A DNA stretch of 40,847 bases from Octopus sinensis (lineage: Eukaryota), in contig NW_021835304.1 of the NCBI RefSeq assembly GCF_006345805.1, forward strand, positions 1 through 40,847. Reading direction: 5' to 3'. Shown here piece by piece: positions 22,250 to 33,886 of the stretch. Below the pieces are notes generated by a model, which saw only the letters and a program-made list of their open reading frames with translations, made no database searches and was not told the DNA's origin. Numbering within the stretch: position 1 is the stretch's first letter; every line of letters starts with the position of its first letter. Position numbers and translations under genes: made by a program.

Positions 22250-22497
22250 ATGTGTGCTGTGTTCCTGAGCAGGACACTATTTCCCGTTGTTCCAGGTCCC
22301 TCAACCATCGAAATGGGGTTCGACGTCACTGGTTCCAACTTGTATCAGCCTTTCCATTGGCCAATATAGGTGGAGAGAGGGGCCGGGTGTGCATGGGTGA
22401 TTACTGGTCTTTCACAAAAAACCTTGCCCAGACTTGAGTCTCAGAAGGTAACATTCTAGGTGCAATCTCATGGCTATTCCTTGCTGAAGAGGGTCTC
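22250..22497 (+). mobile_element. SINE family C body and 3' part
   Basis: GTGTTCCTGAGCAGGACAC...CGACGTCACTGG...CCTTGCCCAGACTTG...CTAGGTGCAATC. Confidence 0.8.
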
Positions 22498-22589
22498 AAA
22501 ATATAGACATGATGAAGACTAAGAAAACTTAGAAAACTAAGAATACATTTTTTCACAGGTGCTGTGTGAAGGTGGATTGTTCAGCGTTT

Positions 22590-22790
22590 GCTTTCCTGCT
22601 TCAATCATTGGACTGCAGTCACACACGGGCACCTTCTTGAAGAATTTTAGTCGAACGAATCCAGCCTACTACTTACTGTTTTCTTAAGTACTTAATTTTG
22701 TTGAACCGTTAAGTTCTAGCGACGTAAACGCACAAACACCGGCAGTCAAGCGGTGATGGGAGCCAAACAGACAGAAAGACTCACAAACGT
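22590..22790 (-). mobile_element. SINE family A 3' half, old copy
   Basis: TTTAGTCGAACGAATC, GTTGAACCGTTAAGT, GACGTAAAC and CACCGGC..TCAAGCGG match the family A 3' half. Confidence 0.7.
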
Positions 22791-23619
22791 GTGTGTGTAT
22801 ATATATATATATATAATATAATATATATATATATATATATGTATGTATATATATGCATATATGTATATACGATACACACGCACACGCATATATTTATCAA
22901 GTGCTTGCTCTAGTATGTATGAAATGCAAATTTTACATTCATAAATTCTTCATACATCATCTCCCTTCCCTCACATATAATTGCAAATGCGCTCAGATAT
23001 TACAAAACACACAAGTACACATGCACAAACACACACACACACACACACACTCACTCACACACACACACACACACACCACACACACACACTCTTGCACACA
23101 CATCACCTTGGTTTAGTAGATTTATTTAGAAATATTTCCGTAACAGAACTACTTACTAAACTAATTTCTGTCATATCCTATAGATATAATCAGTGCTATG
23201 AATCTGAGGGAGATAGCACATTGAAGGAAATGAACTCCTCTTCTATCTGCCATTGAACTGTCAACAACGATCAACGTCATTTCGCTGCTCACTTGCCCAC
23301 ACAGCTGTTGCGCAGATCAAGAAAATTAGTTAATGTAGCTGTTTTGTACTTGAAGACATCATCAACGACCGATGGAAGAAAAAAAAGAGCAAAGGAATGT
23401 GGGATTCTTTTCTTTTAAAGCCAATATCGTGGGCTGAAGAACAATGCCGAAAGCATATTCTACTCTAAGAACAACAGCAGCAACAACAACAACAACGACA
23501 GTGGAGTAGTAGTAGTAGTAGCAGTAGTAAAAGTAAGACACGGCGTTTGAAGTGGATGAAGAGGAACTGTAGCAATGATAATTGTTGAGGAAGGTGGATG
23601 TGAAACATAACGAAGACAC

Positions 23620-23650
<31 letters not shown>

Positions 23651-23788
23651 AAGTAGTAGTAGTAGTTGTAGCAGCAGCAGCGGCAGTGCTAGGTGTCGGA
23701 GCAACATCAGTTATTGTACTGCTGTTATAATAAATATTATAATTTGTTTATATATAATCATCTAAGTACATAAATATACACTATTATA

Positions 23789-23836
<48 letters not shown>

Positions 23837-23838
<2 letters not shown>

Positions 23839-23925
23839 CGCAGGAGTGGCGGTGTGGTCAGTAGCTTGCTTACTAACTATAGCCTCGGGCCGAACAAAGC
23901 TTTGTGTGTGGATTTGTGTACCGTT
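23837..23925 (+). mobile_element. SINE family A head with internal deletion
   Basis: GGCGCAGGAGTGGCGGTGTGG...TATAGCCTCGGGCCGA. Confidence 0.8.
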
Positions 23926-23975
23926 GGCGATTTTTTTTCCTCTGTCTTCCCTTCTCTCGATCTTTCTTCTCCTAT

Positions 23976-24010
23976 GTTTCCGACGAAGAGCTCCGCTCGA
24001 AACGTTAAAC
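23976..24010 (+). ncRNA. Minimal type-I hammerhead ribozyme with a single core substitution (U4>C) in a pseudo-LTR-like fragment (~23940-24115)
   Basis: GTTT-CCGACGA-A-GAGC-TCC-GCTC-GAA-ACGT-T-AAAC: stem I GTTT/AAAC, stem II GAGC/GCTC, palindromic ACGT stem III, GUU triplet. Confidence 0.65.
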
Positions 24011-24127
24011 CCTCCTTCTTCCCTTCTTTCCTGAGCGTCCAATAATACTATATTTGTTCCACGTCCTCGCGTTGTTCTGTTTTTTTCTGTGTTTTCTTGT
24101 TTGAATTAACTTTATAATATATATATA

Positions 24128-24172
<45 letters not shown>

Positions 24173-24256
24173 TAGATAAACTTAGATATGTTTCGACCAA
24201 TGATTGGTCCAGGCCATATCTAACTTAATAGCACCACCTGATAGGATTATTCGAAT

Positions 24257-24298
<42 letters not shown>

Positions 24299-24447
24299 CA
24301 AAATATTCTATAATTATATTAATAATTATAATGAGGGTTCAGCTAATTGCTTCGCCACGTACCGAATTAGAAATAGACGCTAATGTCTTTTCAACTACCA
24401 TTAATATCTCCGATTTACTATTATTATTAAAATTATGTACAAACACA

Positions 24448-24524
<77 letters not shown>

Positions 24525-24864
24525 ATATATATATATAAATACATGCATATATAAATGAATATAAATATACGAATATAAATATTCGTTTCGATATTTATGA
24601 TTTCAGTGTCGTTCAGTGAAGTAGAGGTAACACTTCACCTGGATAAGATATCGTTTATCGCAAAGTACTCTTCCAGAATATTTAGAGACCATTCTTCAGG
24701 GTCAAAGGAATTGAGGGCAGATATATAAAAGACCTGGGACACATACGTAACCATATACAGAAACACGTATGTCTGTATATGTATTCACACTTGCTTACGT
24801 ACGTGTGTGTGTGTACTGGAGTATATATATGTAGAGGTATGTTTTGAGGTATGTGTGTATGTTT

Positions 24865-24940
<76 letters not shown>

Positions 24941-25277
24941 ATCTTTGTTTGCGTGAGTGTGTGTGTGGTCTTTCATAACAGCAGGTTAACACCTTAGCAG
25001 CAGCTGCGCTTTATCTGTCAAACAAAACTGTCAAATTCTTTACTCGGGTAGAGTTGCAATTTTCACTTTTCAGAACATTCTGAATACCAAATTGGCTCTG
25101 ACATTTTATTGGCACTCATGCATATACATATATGTGTGATTGGATGTGTGTGTGTGTGTGTGTGCGTGAGTGTGTGGGCGTGTAAGTGTGTGTATTTTTA
25201 TATCAATATCTATCTATCTATCTCCACACCCCCCTCTCTTTATATATATATATATATATATATGCATACACACGCAC

Positions 25278-25327
<50 letters not shown>

Positions 25328-25545
25328 ACACACTCATGCAAACACACAAGAAAAAGACGATACATAACGAGTGTTGTAGCTTGCTTGAAGCATTATGGTA
25401 CAGAAGTAAAACAAAATAAAGTTGGCGGAGACCTTGGAATACAAAGGGAAAACGTTTAAAAACATTTACATATTTCAGACACAAAGGCCCTTATCAGAAG
25501 TGAAAGGAGGAAAGTAACGTGAGTCAGTGCAGAATCGCTCATATA

Positions 25546-26807
25546 CGGGGTACGTAAGGTATTTGAGGACATACCATTTTGGGGTCATTGCTGCATTTTT
25601 TACTAAATCTGTATAATCTTTGTTTCAGAAAATAATACTGGCAGAGCCTCGGCTTACTCAAGAAATGAAGAGGAATGCTGTTATTTTGGTTATAAAGGCT
25701 GAGCGTAGAGATTTAGAAATATCTCGAGTTTTAAAAGTTGTCAGATCTTTCGTCTACAAAGTTTGTAAGGAAAGAGAGACTGGATATGGAAACGTGTCAC
25801 CAGTATCAAAGCATAAAAAGCATTCTAAACGCTCTGAAATCAGAACACTTGAAATTATCCAACAAGTTCAACAGACCATTGATTAAATTCTCAGAAAGTC
25901 CATGAGTTCAGTTGCAAAAGATCTCCAGAAGGAACAGTCAGAAATGTTGTCCACGAAGTCATCAGATATAAGTCATATATGATGAGGAAAGGTCAATCTA
26001 TGTCAGAAAAAGCAAAAGAAAGTCACTACACCAAATCTAAAAGGCTCTTAAACAAACTGAAAAATCCAGAAGAAGATTTGATTTGTTTTTTCTCAAACGA
26101 GAAACACTTCGATCAAGGTCTTAACTGTTAACAGAAGAAATGACGGATGGTTATGTGCAAACCCTTCTGAAGTTCCAAGTGTTATACATACAAAATTTCC
26201 TGAAACTGTCATGGTTTTATAGGTTGTCAGCAATGGAGGACATGTGATGCCTCCTTACTTCTCTCCACAAGGCCTTAGAGTTAACTCTGCCACCTACATT
26301 GAGGTCCTGGAATCAATTGTTAAACCCTGGATAGACAGTGTATGCAATGGAAAGCCATATGTGTTTCAGTAAGACTCTGCACTATCACACATGGCTCCAA
26401 TAACACAGGAATGGATGGCTGAAAATGTTCATGGTCACATAACCCCTAACATTTGGCTCCCTAATACTCCAGATCTCGATCCACTGGACTGCCACATGTG
26501 GAGCGTTTTTGAGAGAGAGTTCAATGAACACGCTCGTAACACCAAAGATTCTTTGAAAGTTTCCATAGTCAAAGTAATGTCCAAAATGAACCAGGACCAC
26601 TTGATCTGAGCATGTAGATGATTTAGATCTCATATAGAAGCAGTTGTTGAAGCTGAAGGTGACTTTATTAAATAGCATTCTAGAAAAGAAGGTTTATTTT
26701 TTATCCTCATAGCATTTCTTTTTATAAACAAAGTTATTATTTGTTATTACATATCTGTTTTTTTTTTAATAAACATAAATCTGTTCTCAAATAGCTAAAG
26801 CACCCTG
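25546..26807 (+). mobile_element. maT-family (DD37D) Tc1/mariner transposon with decayed transposase (~25638-26675)
   Basis: Degenerate 26-bp TIRs CGGGGTACGTAAGGTATTTGAGGACA and (reverse complement) CAGGGTGCTTTAGCTATTTGAGAACA; left TA; motifs FFSNEK (D1>N), VFQ*DSA and WLPNTPDLDPLDC; 37 residues counted between D2 and D3; stops and frameshifts. Confidence 0.92.
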
Positions 26808-26809
26808 TG

Positions 26810-26844
<35 letters not shown>

Positions 26845-27024
26845 GTATATGCTGGATATATATATATATTATTTGTATTATGTATGTCAAATATATAAAA
26901 TATACATATTGCCGAGTCCCACGGGCAATCTTCGAACGTTTTCAGTCCAAGAAGGTTTTTATCCATTATTCACCGTGTCATTACATATAGCTTTAATTAC
27001 TTTGCATTTTATCATTAAAGATAT

Positions 27025-27103
<79 letters not shown>

Positions 27104-27181
27104 TATATATAACAACAAAAATACGGATAAAGAAAATCCCATCTTTAATTGTAGAATTCACCATGCAATTATACGCGCGCG

Positions 27182-27220
<39 letters not shown>

Positions 27221-27491
27221 ACACACACACACACACTCGAACGAGTTCTGCTCAAATGTAGGGAGAGGTGTGAAGCTTTTTACAATCTCCCTAATTTGAA
27301 ACGTTGAGAACCGAGACAGTCAATGATTTGATTTTGCTAAAAGCTGATTGGTCTGTGTGTGTGAAAGAGTAACTAGTGTCAGTCTGAGTATGTTGTGGAC
27401 TGGCAGGTATGAGTCTATGGATGGTCGTCCAATCTGAGTATATTCAAAACTGACTTGAAGTATTTTGAGGGTCGTACACTCTGATAATATT

Positions 27492-28105
27492 CTTTTCTAC
27501 TTTAGGCACAAGGCCCGAAATTTTGGTGGAGGGAGCCAGTCGATTAGATCGACGCCAGTTGACAACTGGAACTTAATTTATCGACCCTAAAAGATGAAAG
27601 GCAAAGTCGACCTCGGTGGAGTTTGAACTCAGAACGTAAAGACAGACGAAGTACCGCTAAGCATTTCACCCAGCGTGCTAATGTTTCTTATTTCTTTATT
27701 GCCCACAAGGGGTTAAACATAGAGGGGACAAACAAGGACAGACAAACGGGTTAAGACGATTACATCGACCCCAGTGTGCAACTGGTAATTAATTTATCGA
27801 CCCCGGAAGGATCAAAGGCAAAGTCGACCTCGGTGGAGTTTGAACTCAGAACACGAAGACAGACGAAATACCTATTTCTTTATTACCCACAAGGGGCTAA
27901 ACACAGAGAGGACAAACAAGGACAGACAAACGGATTAAGTCGATTATATAGATCCCCAGTGCGTAACTGGTACTTATTTAATCGACCCCGAAAGGGAGAA
28001 AGGCAAAGTCGACCTCGGCGGAATTTGAACTCAGAACGTAGCGGCAGACGAAATACCGCTAAGCATTTCGTCCGGCGTGCTAACGTTTCTACCAGCTCGC
28101 CGCCT
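27492..28105 (-). mobile_element. SINE family B trimer with 17-bp target-site duplication
   Basis: TACACTCTGATAATATT at 27475-27491 and 28106-28122; three AAAGGCAAAGTCGACCTCGG units inside. Confidence 0.93.
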
Positions 28106-29195
28106 TACACTCTGATAATATTGGAGGTAGACTGATCGAAGCTAGACTTGCAAACCCTGCATGTATATCATTAATGTGACAGGACCCATTATAGATTCTT
28201 CATATAGACATTTCGTTACACGAAGTTACTTGTGGTGTTTAACACCTTACGTAAAACCATTCACATTAGTTGATGTTGTTTCAACGATACGATGATTCTT
28301 GAGGCAAAAATGTTGAACAGCAGAATAGAATTGTTTAACTGAAGATGTGGCTGTTAGACTAACAAACAGCATATCTTTGATAGAATCTTTCGTTACTCGG
28401 TGATCCCGTGGTTGTTTGTGCTGGAGATAATATTGGAAATGTTGTTATTGTTGATGGGCGCTAATGTTTTTATTATGATTATTGTCCATCTTAGGGATTA
28501 TAAGATATACTAATAGAAATTATTTAATCACGCTGATAGATGCAAAGATAGGAAATAACACAACAAGAACAAACAGGGCAGGTACCAGTCTGGTTGGTAA
28601 TATGATAGCTCTTGGTTAAACAGAACACAGTTCACCATTTTTCTTATATCAAGCAAAGAAACAAATGTTAAATGCAAAATACACAAGCATATACCCATAT
28701 ATATATAACTTAGATAACTTAGATATGTTTCGACCAAAGATTGGTCCAGGCCATGTCTAACTTAATAGCACCATATATACACACACATATATATATACAC
28801 ATATGTCTATCGTATGTATAAACATGAAATATTATTCCACCCATTGATTGCACATTCAGAATAACGTATAATTTTACTCTTAAAATAAACCCCCTGGTTT
28901 TGTAATATAGTCTCTCGTTAGTTCTCTGCTTCTATATATATATTTTTTCACTAGTTTGCCTGTATTTTTTTCACTAGTTTTCCTATATTTTACAGTTGAA
29001 GGGTTTTACAAAACTTACAATCAGTAAGATCTAGGGGTGCGCCATAAACAAAGAGTTAAGGTTGTCGGTAGTGAAGAACGTAACACGGTTTCAAGTTTCG
29101 TAAACCGAAATGGAATCGTCTTCTACTACGGTCAGTTCTATTGATAATGAACTCCCAACGGTGCTTCGACATCGTGTCTTTCTGAATTATAAAGT

Positions 29196-29622
29196 GGGTT
29201 CTTCCCAACCACATGGTTCTGGGTTCAGTCCCACTGCGTGGAACCTTAGGTAAGTGTCTTCAACTACAGCCTAGGATCGACCAAAGCCTTGTAATTGGAT
29301 CTGGTAGACGGAAACTGAAAGAAACCCGTTGTATATGTGCATGTATGTATCTATATGTGAATGCATGTGTGTGTGTGTGTATGTGTGTTTGTGTGTGTGT
29401 GTGTGTATGTGTGTGTGTGTGTCTATGTTCGTGCCCCACTAACGCTTGACTGCCGATGTTAGTGAGTTTACATTTCTATAACTTAACGGTTCGGCAAATG
29501 AGACCGATAAAATAAATACTAGGCTTTGAGAAAATTAGCACTGGAGTCGATTTATTCGACTGAAACTTCTTCAGTGGCGGTGCTGCAGTATGGCCGCAAT
29601 CTAATGACTGAAGCAAGAAAAG
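29196..29622 (+). mobile_element. SINE family A, near full length
   Basis: GGTTCAGTCCCACTGCGTGG...(TG)n...GGTGCTGCAGTATGGCCGCA...TGACTGAAGCAAG. Confidence 0.88.
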
Positions 29623-29793
29623 CTACAAGAAAACCAATTATCACCTGCCTTACTTCTGTAAACTGCATCGAAACGACAAAACCGGGTGCTTTCGCTTCTG
29701 CACCCCGTACTCACCCACAAGTACAACGAAGCGTTTTTGTTTTTCTCTTCTTTTTCTTTTATAACTCACTATTTTGAGCTAATAATCCGTTAG

Positions 29794-30060
29794 ACTCTAG
29801 GCACAAGGCCTGAAATTTTGGGGGAGGGAATGAGTAAATTACATCGACCCCAGTGCGCAACTGGTACTTAATTTATCGACCCCGAAATGATGAAAGGCAA
29901 AGTCGACCTCGGCGGCATTTGAACTCAGAACGTGAAGACAGACGAAATACCTATTTCTTTACTGCCCTCAAGGGGCTAAACAAAGAGGAGGCAAACAAGG
30001 ACAGACAGACGGATTGAGTCGATTGCATCGACCCCAGTGCGTAACTGGTCCTTAATTAAT
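29794..30060 (-). mobile_element. SINE family B dimer, 5'-truncated
   Basis: Two ATCGACCCCAGTGCG units plus the AGGCACAAGGCCTGAAATT 3' end. Confidence 0.85.
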
Positions 30061-30295
30061 CGTGTAAAATGAATTTAACACCGTTTTGAGTTTTAAGGTA
30101 AAGACTACCTTCAGAGAACTCAACAACGCAGTAAGACCAGTGGTACAGTAAGATTTAATGTAGGATTAAAACATATAAAAGATCAGACTGGCGTCAAATG
30201 ATCGTAGGGGGAGGAGCGTTTTTACGTCCGTCGACACACATCATCAGTATGGACAACTAACAGTCGCCGAAAGATGGTTGTTTTTACATATAAAA

Positions 30296-30697
30296 CTAGC
30301 AGTATCGCCCGGCGTTGCTCGGGTTTGTAAGGGAAATAACTATATAAGCATTTTTAGAGTGTTATAGCCAAAAAATAGCAAATAAATGCATTAAAAATGG
30401 AAAAAAAATGATGGTAAATTTTTTTTAAATCGTTGACTCATCGTAGACATTTTTAGAGAGTTACTTCCCTTATATAATAGCGAAAAAAATGCATTAAAAT
30501 GGAAAAAAATGATGGTAATTTTTAAAAAAAAATCGTAGACTCATCGTAGACGCGCGCTAATACCCAGAAGGGCTCGATATGAATCACGACTATAAGATAC
30601 CCGGTTTTGGTTAAACTGCACCGCAAAATGTGGGAGTAGTTAGGAATCTAAATCGTAGGAGACAGACAGCACACAACCTCACTTTTATATATAAAGA
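30296..30697 (-). mobile_element. Non-autonomous Helitron (402 bp)
   Basis: Minus strand: A|TCTTTATATATAAAAG 5' end; 3' hairpin CCCGAGCAACGCCGGG, 8 nt, CTAG|T; inserted at AT without TSD; internal ~100-bp duplication. Confidence 0.88.
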
Positions 30698-30792
30698 TTA
30701 GTATATAGTACATTTGCTGATGTGCGCAAAGTTTCGTTAAGATGGAATTAACTAGAGGCGAACGAATACACACACATACATTCACACATACA

Positions 30793-31250
30793 CAAGAATG
30801 GAAGCTTTACTCCCAGGAGAGACGGTGAGAAAGGTATGCAATTATATACATACGGAAGATTCTGGAAGGTCTAGCTCCCAACTTTTGAATTAAAAGCTAT
30901 ACCAACCGCCGAACTGGACCGCACTACATAATATCAAAGATACCGTCTTCTTCAGTATTGCAACGACTTGGGTTTCAAGGAACCGCAACGGGTTAACATC
31001 CCGTCAAGGGACCTAAGATATCTTCAAAGTGTTGATGTAGAAACGTTCAAAAAGTGCCTGAATATATTTCTAACTGAAATCCAAGATGAGCCCATATCAC
31101 GGCAGGTGGGGGACAAGGAAGAGCAGCTTCGTCCAACTCGGTTCTCCACCAAAAACAGTACCGAAAGGAGACCCCCAAACACTGAAAGGTGGTGCTCCAG
31201 CATGGCTCCAACCTCTGGCTGAAACCAGTTATAGAATAAAACAAGAATAT
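30793..31250 (+). mobile_element. CR1-group LINE ORF2 C-terminus and 3'UTR, 5'-truncated
   Basis: KLYSQERR*ERYAIIYIRKILEGLAPNF and GFKEPQRVNIPSRDLR...FKKCLNIFLTEIQDEP match typical CR1/L2-group RT C-termini. Confidence 0.8.
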
Positions 31251-31267
31251 GCATATAGGGCAAAGGG

Positions 31268-31495
31268 TAAATTCTTCACCTTTGATCATGTACGACCATG
31301 GGATTGCACCTAGAAAGTTCCCCTCCAAGATACAAGTCCGGGCAAGGTTGTTTACAGAAGACCAGTCACCCATGCACACCAGCCTCTCCTCTTCGTGCCA
31401 AAATCAAAGGGGCCGATACAGTTTGGCACCAGTGACGTCGCAAATCATTTCTACAGCTGAGTGGACTGGGGCAACGAGAAATAATGTTGCTGTCA
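31268..31495 (-). mobile_element. SINE family C body, head missing
   Basis: Homologous to 11256-11500. Confidence 0.85.
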
Positions 31496-32050
31496 AAACA
31501 AGTTACAATGCCATCTGCAAAAGAAGACTGTCCTGAAATAAACTTAGAAAATCCCTCTGCTATGGAATACATTCACAAACACCAACTGAAGGAATACTGG
31601 TGGAATATTCTCATCAAACATCCTGTCAAATGTAAACGTGACAGGCCGGACATTGTAGTTTGGGATAGAGGGGCAAAGGTATGTACCATCATAGAGGTCA
31701 GTTGCCCTGAAAAATAAAGAAAAAGAGGATATCTATGGACAACTGCTTCGAAACCTCCAGTTTCTATATTCAGACAATGAATTTATATTCATACCAATAA
31801 TAATTGGAGCACTAGGTTCTGTTTGTAAATGCTTTAAGGAGAATCTGGATAAACTGGGATTGTCAGAAAGAGAAATCGACAGGCTAATTCGTATATTACA
31901 TGTGTAACCTGTGAGCGGAACAGTAAAAGACTTACTTTTCTCAAGTTCCAAATGTGAATTTGTCTGTGTTAACTACATTCCAAAGATGGAGCCCTGTATA
32001 TTTGTTGGAAACCAGTTCCCGCCTCAGTAGAAGATTTATAATAATTAAAA
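31490..32050 (+). mobile_element. RLE non-LTR retrotransposon 3' fragment, third lineage
   Basis: EYWWN..IK..KC..DRPDIVVWDR..VCTIIEVSCP, then YGQLLRNLQFLY...FIPIIIGALG...SGTVK..FLKFQM* (stop 31955-31957), then an A-rich tail. Confidence 0.82.
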
Positions 32051-32170
32051 AAAAAATAGAAGAGATATACATACATACATACATAGAAATAAAAATACCC
32101 TTTTACTGATGAAATTCCAATGAAGAGGCCTTGGATCTACATACATATACACATACATACATATACATAA

Positions 32171-32231
<61 letters not shown>

Positions 32232-32236
<5 letters not shown>

Positions 32237-33275
32237 GTATGTAGAAAAATACAACATGGACAAGAACGTATAACTCATAGAAGACGATACAATAAACATG
32301 GACAGGACATTCGAACCCCTCAGTCTTCAGTCAAGAACCGGATCATCGTAGTAATTTCGGCTGATTAATCTTGAGATTACTAGATCGCGGCCAGCCCTCC
32401 AAGAAAAACTAAGCTGGAAGCGTAGATTTCCTGGAAGAAGGATCGAATGCATACGAACACCAGGACAGCAAAAGGGACAGATATAAAAAAACAAAAACAA
32501 TAATGGAATACAGAAACATGAAATACAGAAGCATTAACGGTGAAAAAACAAGTGTCTTACGACTGATAACAAGCAAACAAATTTTTTCTCTGGCGCATTG
32601 GAAAAAGCCTTTATAGCGGCGGACGAAGAACAACGATGTTAACACGACGAGGGTCAGGAGCTGAAAGGCAGATTTCGGCCAACAGTCACGTGACAGAGAA
32701 GAGGGAAAAGAAAAGAAAGAGAAGCAAAGGAAGAGAGAGAGAGAAAAGGGGGACAAAACGCAACAAAGAGAGAGAAGAGAGAGAAAGAAGGAATCAGAGA
32801 GGAGAAGGGATGGGTGTCGAAGAATGACCTGTGAGTGCAGAGCGAGACAAAGAAATAGGAGGGTAGTGGAAGACTAGACCAAAGGATCAGAGGAAAGAGA
32901 AGATGAATAGAGAGAAAGTAAAAATGAGAGAGAGAGAGAGACAAACAGAGAGTCGTACCAATTATTAAGAATATGTGTTCACATTAATGATAAAGGGGGT
33001 ACGGGGCGCCTGGAATATATGTTAAGGTATGTAGAAAAATACAACATGGACAAGAACGTATAACTCATAGAAGACGATACAATAAACATGGACAGGACAT
33101 TCGAACCCCTCAGTCTTCAGTCAAGAACCGGATCATCGTAGTAATTTCGGCTGATTAATCTTGAGATTACTAGATCGCGGCCAGCCCTCCAAGAAAAACT
33201 AAGCTGGAAGCGTAGATTTCCTGGAAGAAGGATCGAATGCATACGAACACCAGGACAGCAAAAGGGACAGATATA
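32232..33275. mobile_element. Element with 254-bp near-identical direct terminal repeats (32232-32485 and 33022-33275) in (TA)n
   Basis: The repeats differ at one base by eye; period 790 bp; purine-rich interior; no ORF of known type. Confidence 0.85.
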
Positions 33276-33734
33276 TTTATATTTATATATATATATACAT
33301 ACACGTATATATATTTACATATAGGCATACAGATATATACACATATACATATATACTTACAGATACACACACACACACATACATATATATATATCCACAT
33401 ATTTATATATACATGTACGTATCTATCAATATATCTATCTATATCGTAAATTATATATAGAGAGATAGATAGATATGCACAAACACATACACACGCAGAC
33501 ACTCATACAGTATGTATAATATACATACATATATATGCATATATGTATGTGTATTTATAGATAGGGGGTGAATCTGTTTAAAAAGTCCTTAGGATGCATA
33601 ATTTGACATAACATGTATGAATGAGACCTGGTTTCAAATCTTACCATCGGCGTTATTGATCGGCCATCGTTTTAAAAATCTAACGTGATATAAAACTATC
33701 TCCACAGAAAGAAGAACTGAGGTAACGCTCTTCT

Positions 33735-33812
33735 ATTATTATTATTATTATTATTATTATTGTTATTATTATTATTATTATTATATTATTATTATTATTA
33801 TTATTGTTATTA

Positions 33813-33871
<59 letters not shown>

Positions 33872-33886
33872 TTATTATTATTATTA
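33735..33886. repeat. (TTA)n microsatellite
   Basis: Direct inspection. Confidence 0.95.

Noticed and set aside
23430-23460. CTGAAGA-ACAATGCC-GAAAGC
   Set aside because: Stem II cannot form and stem I is absent; likely chance.
24545-24705. Minus-strand GAAACGAATA…TATTCGTA resembling hammerhead stem III
   Set aside because: No properly spaced CUGANGA, stem II or stem I; the hairpin lies in AT-rich microsatellite-derived sequence.
30215-30250. Minus-strand CTGATGA with a GTC-GACG-GAC stem
   Set aside because: GAAA, NUH and stem I do not fit.
32100-32140. CTGATGA followed by a TCCAA/TTGGA stem
   Set aside because: No GAAA, stem III or stem I downstream.
32240-33269. Canonical LTR retrotransposon or TRIM call for the 254-bp repeats
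   Set aside because: No primer-binding site after the 5' repeat, the purine tract is not adjacent to the 3' repeat, and no TSD can be resolved in (TA)n; kept only as an unclassified direct-repeat element.
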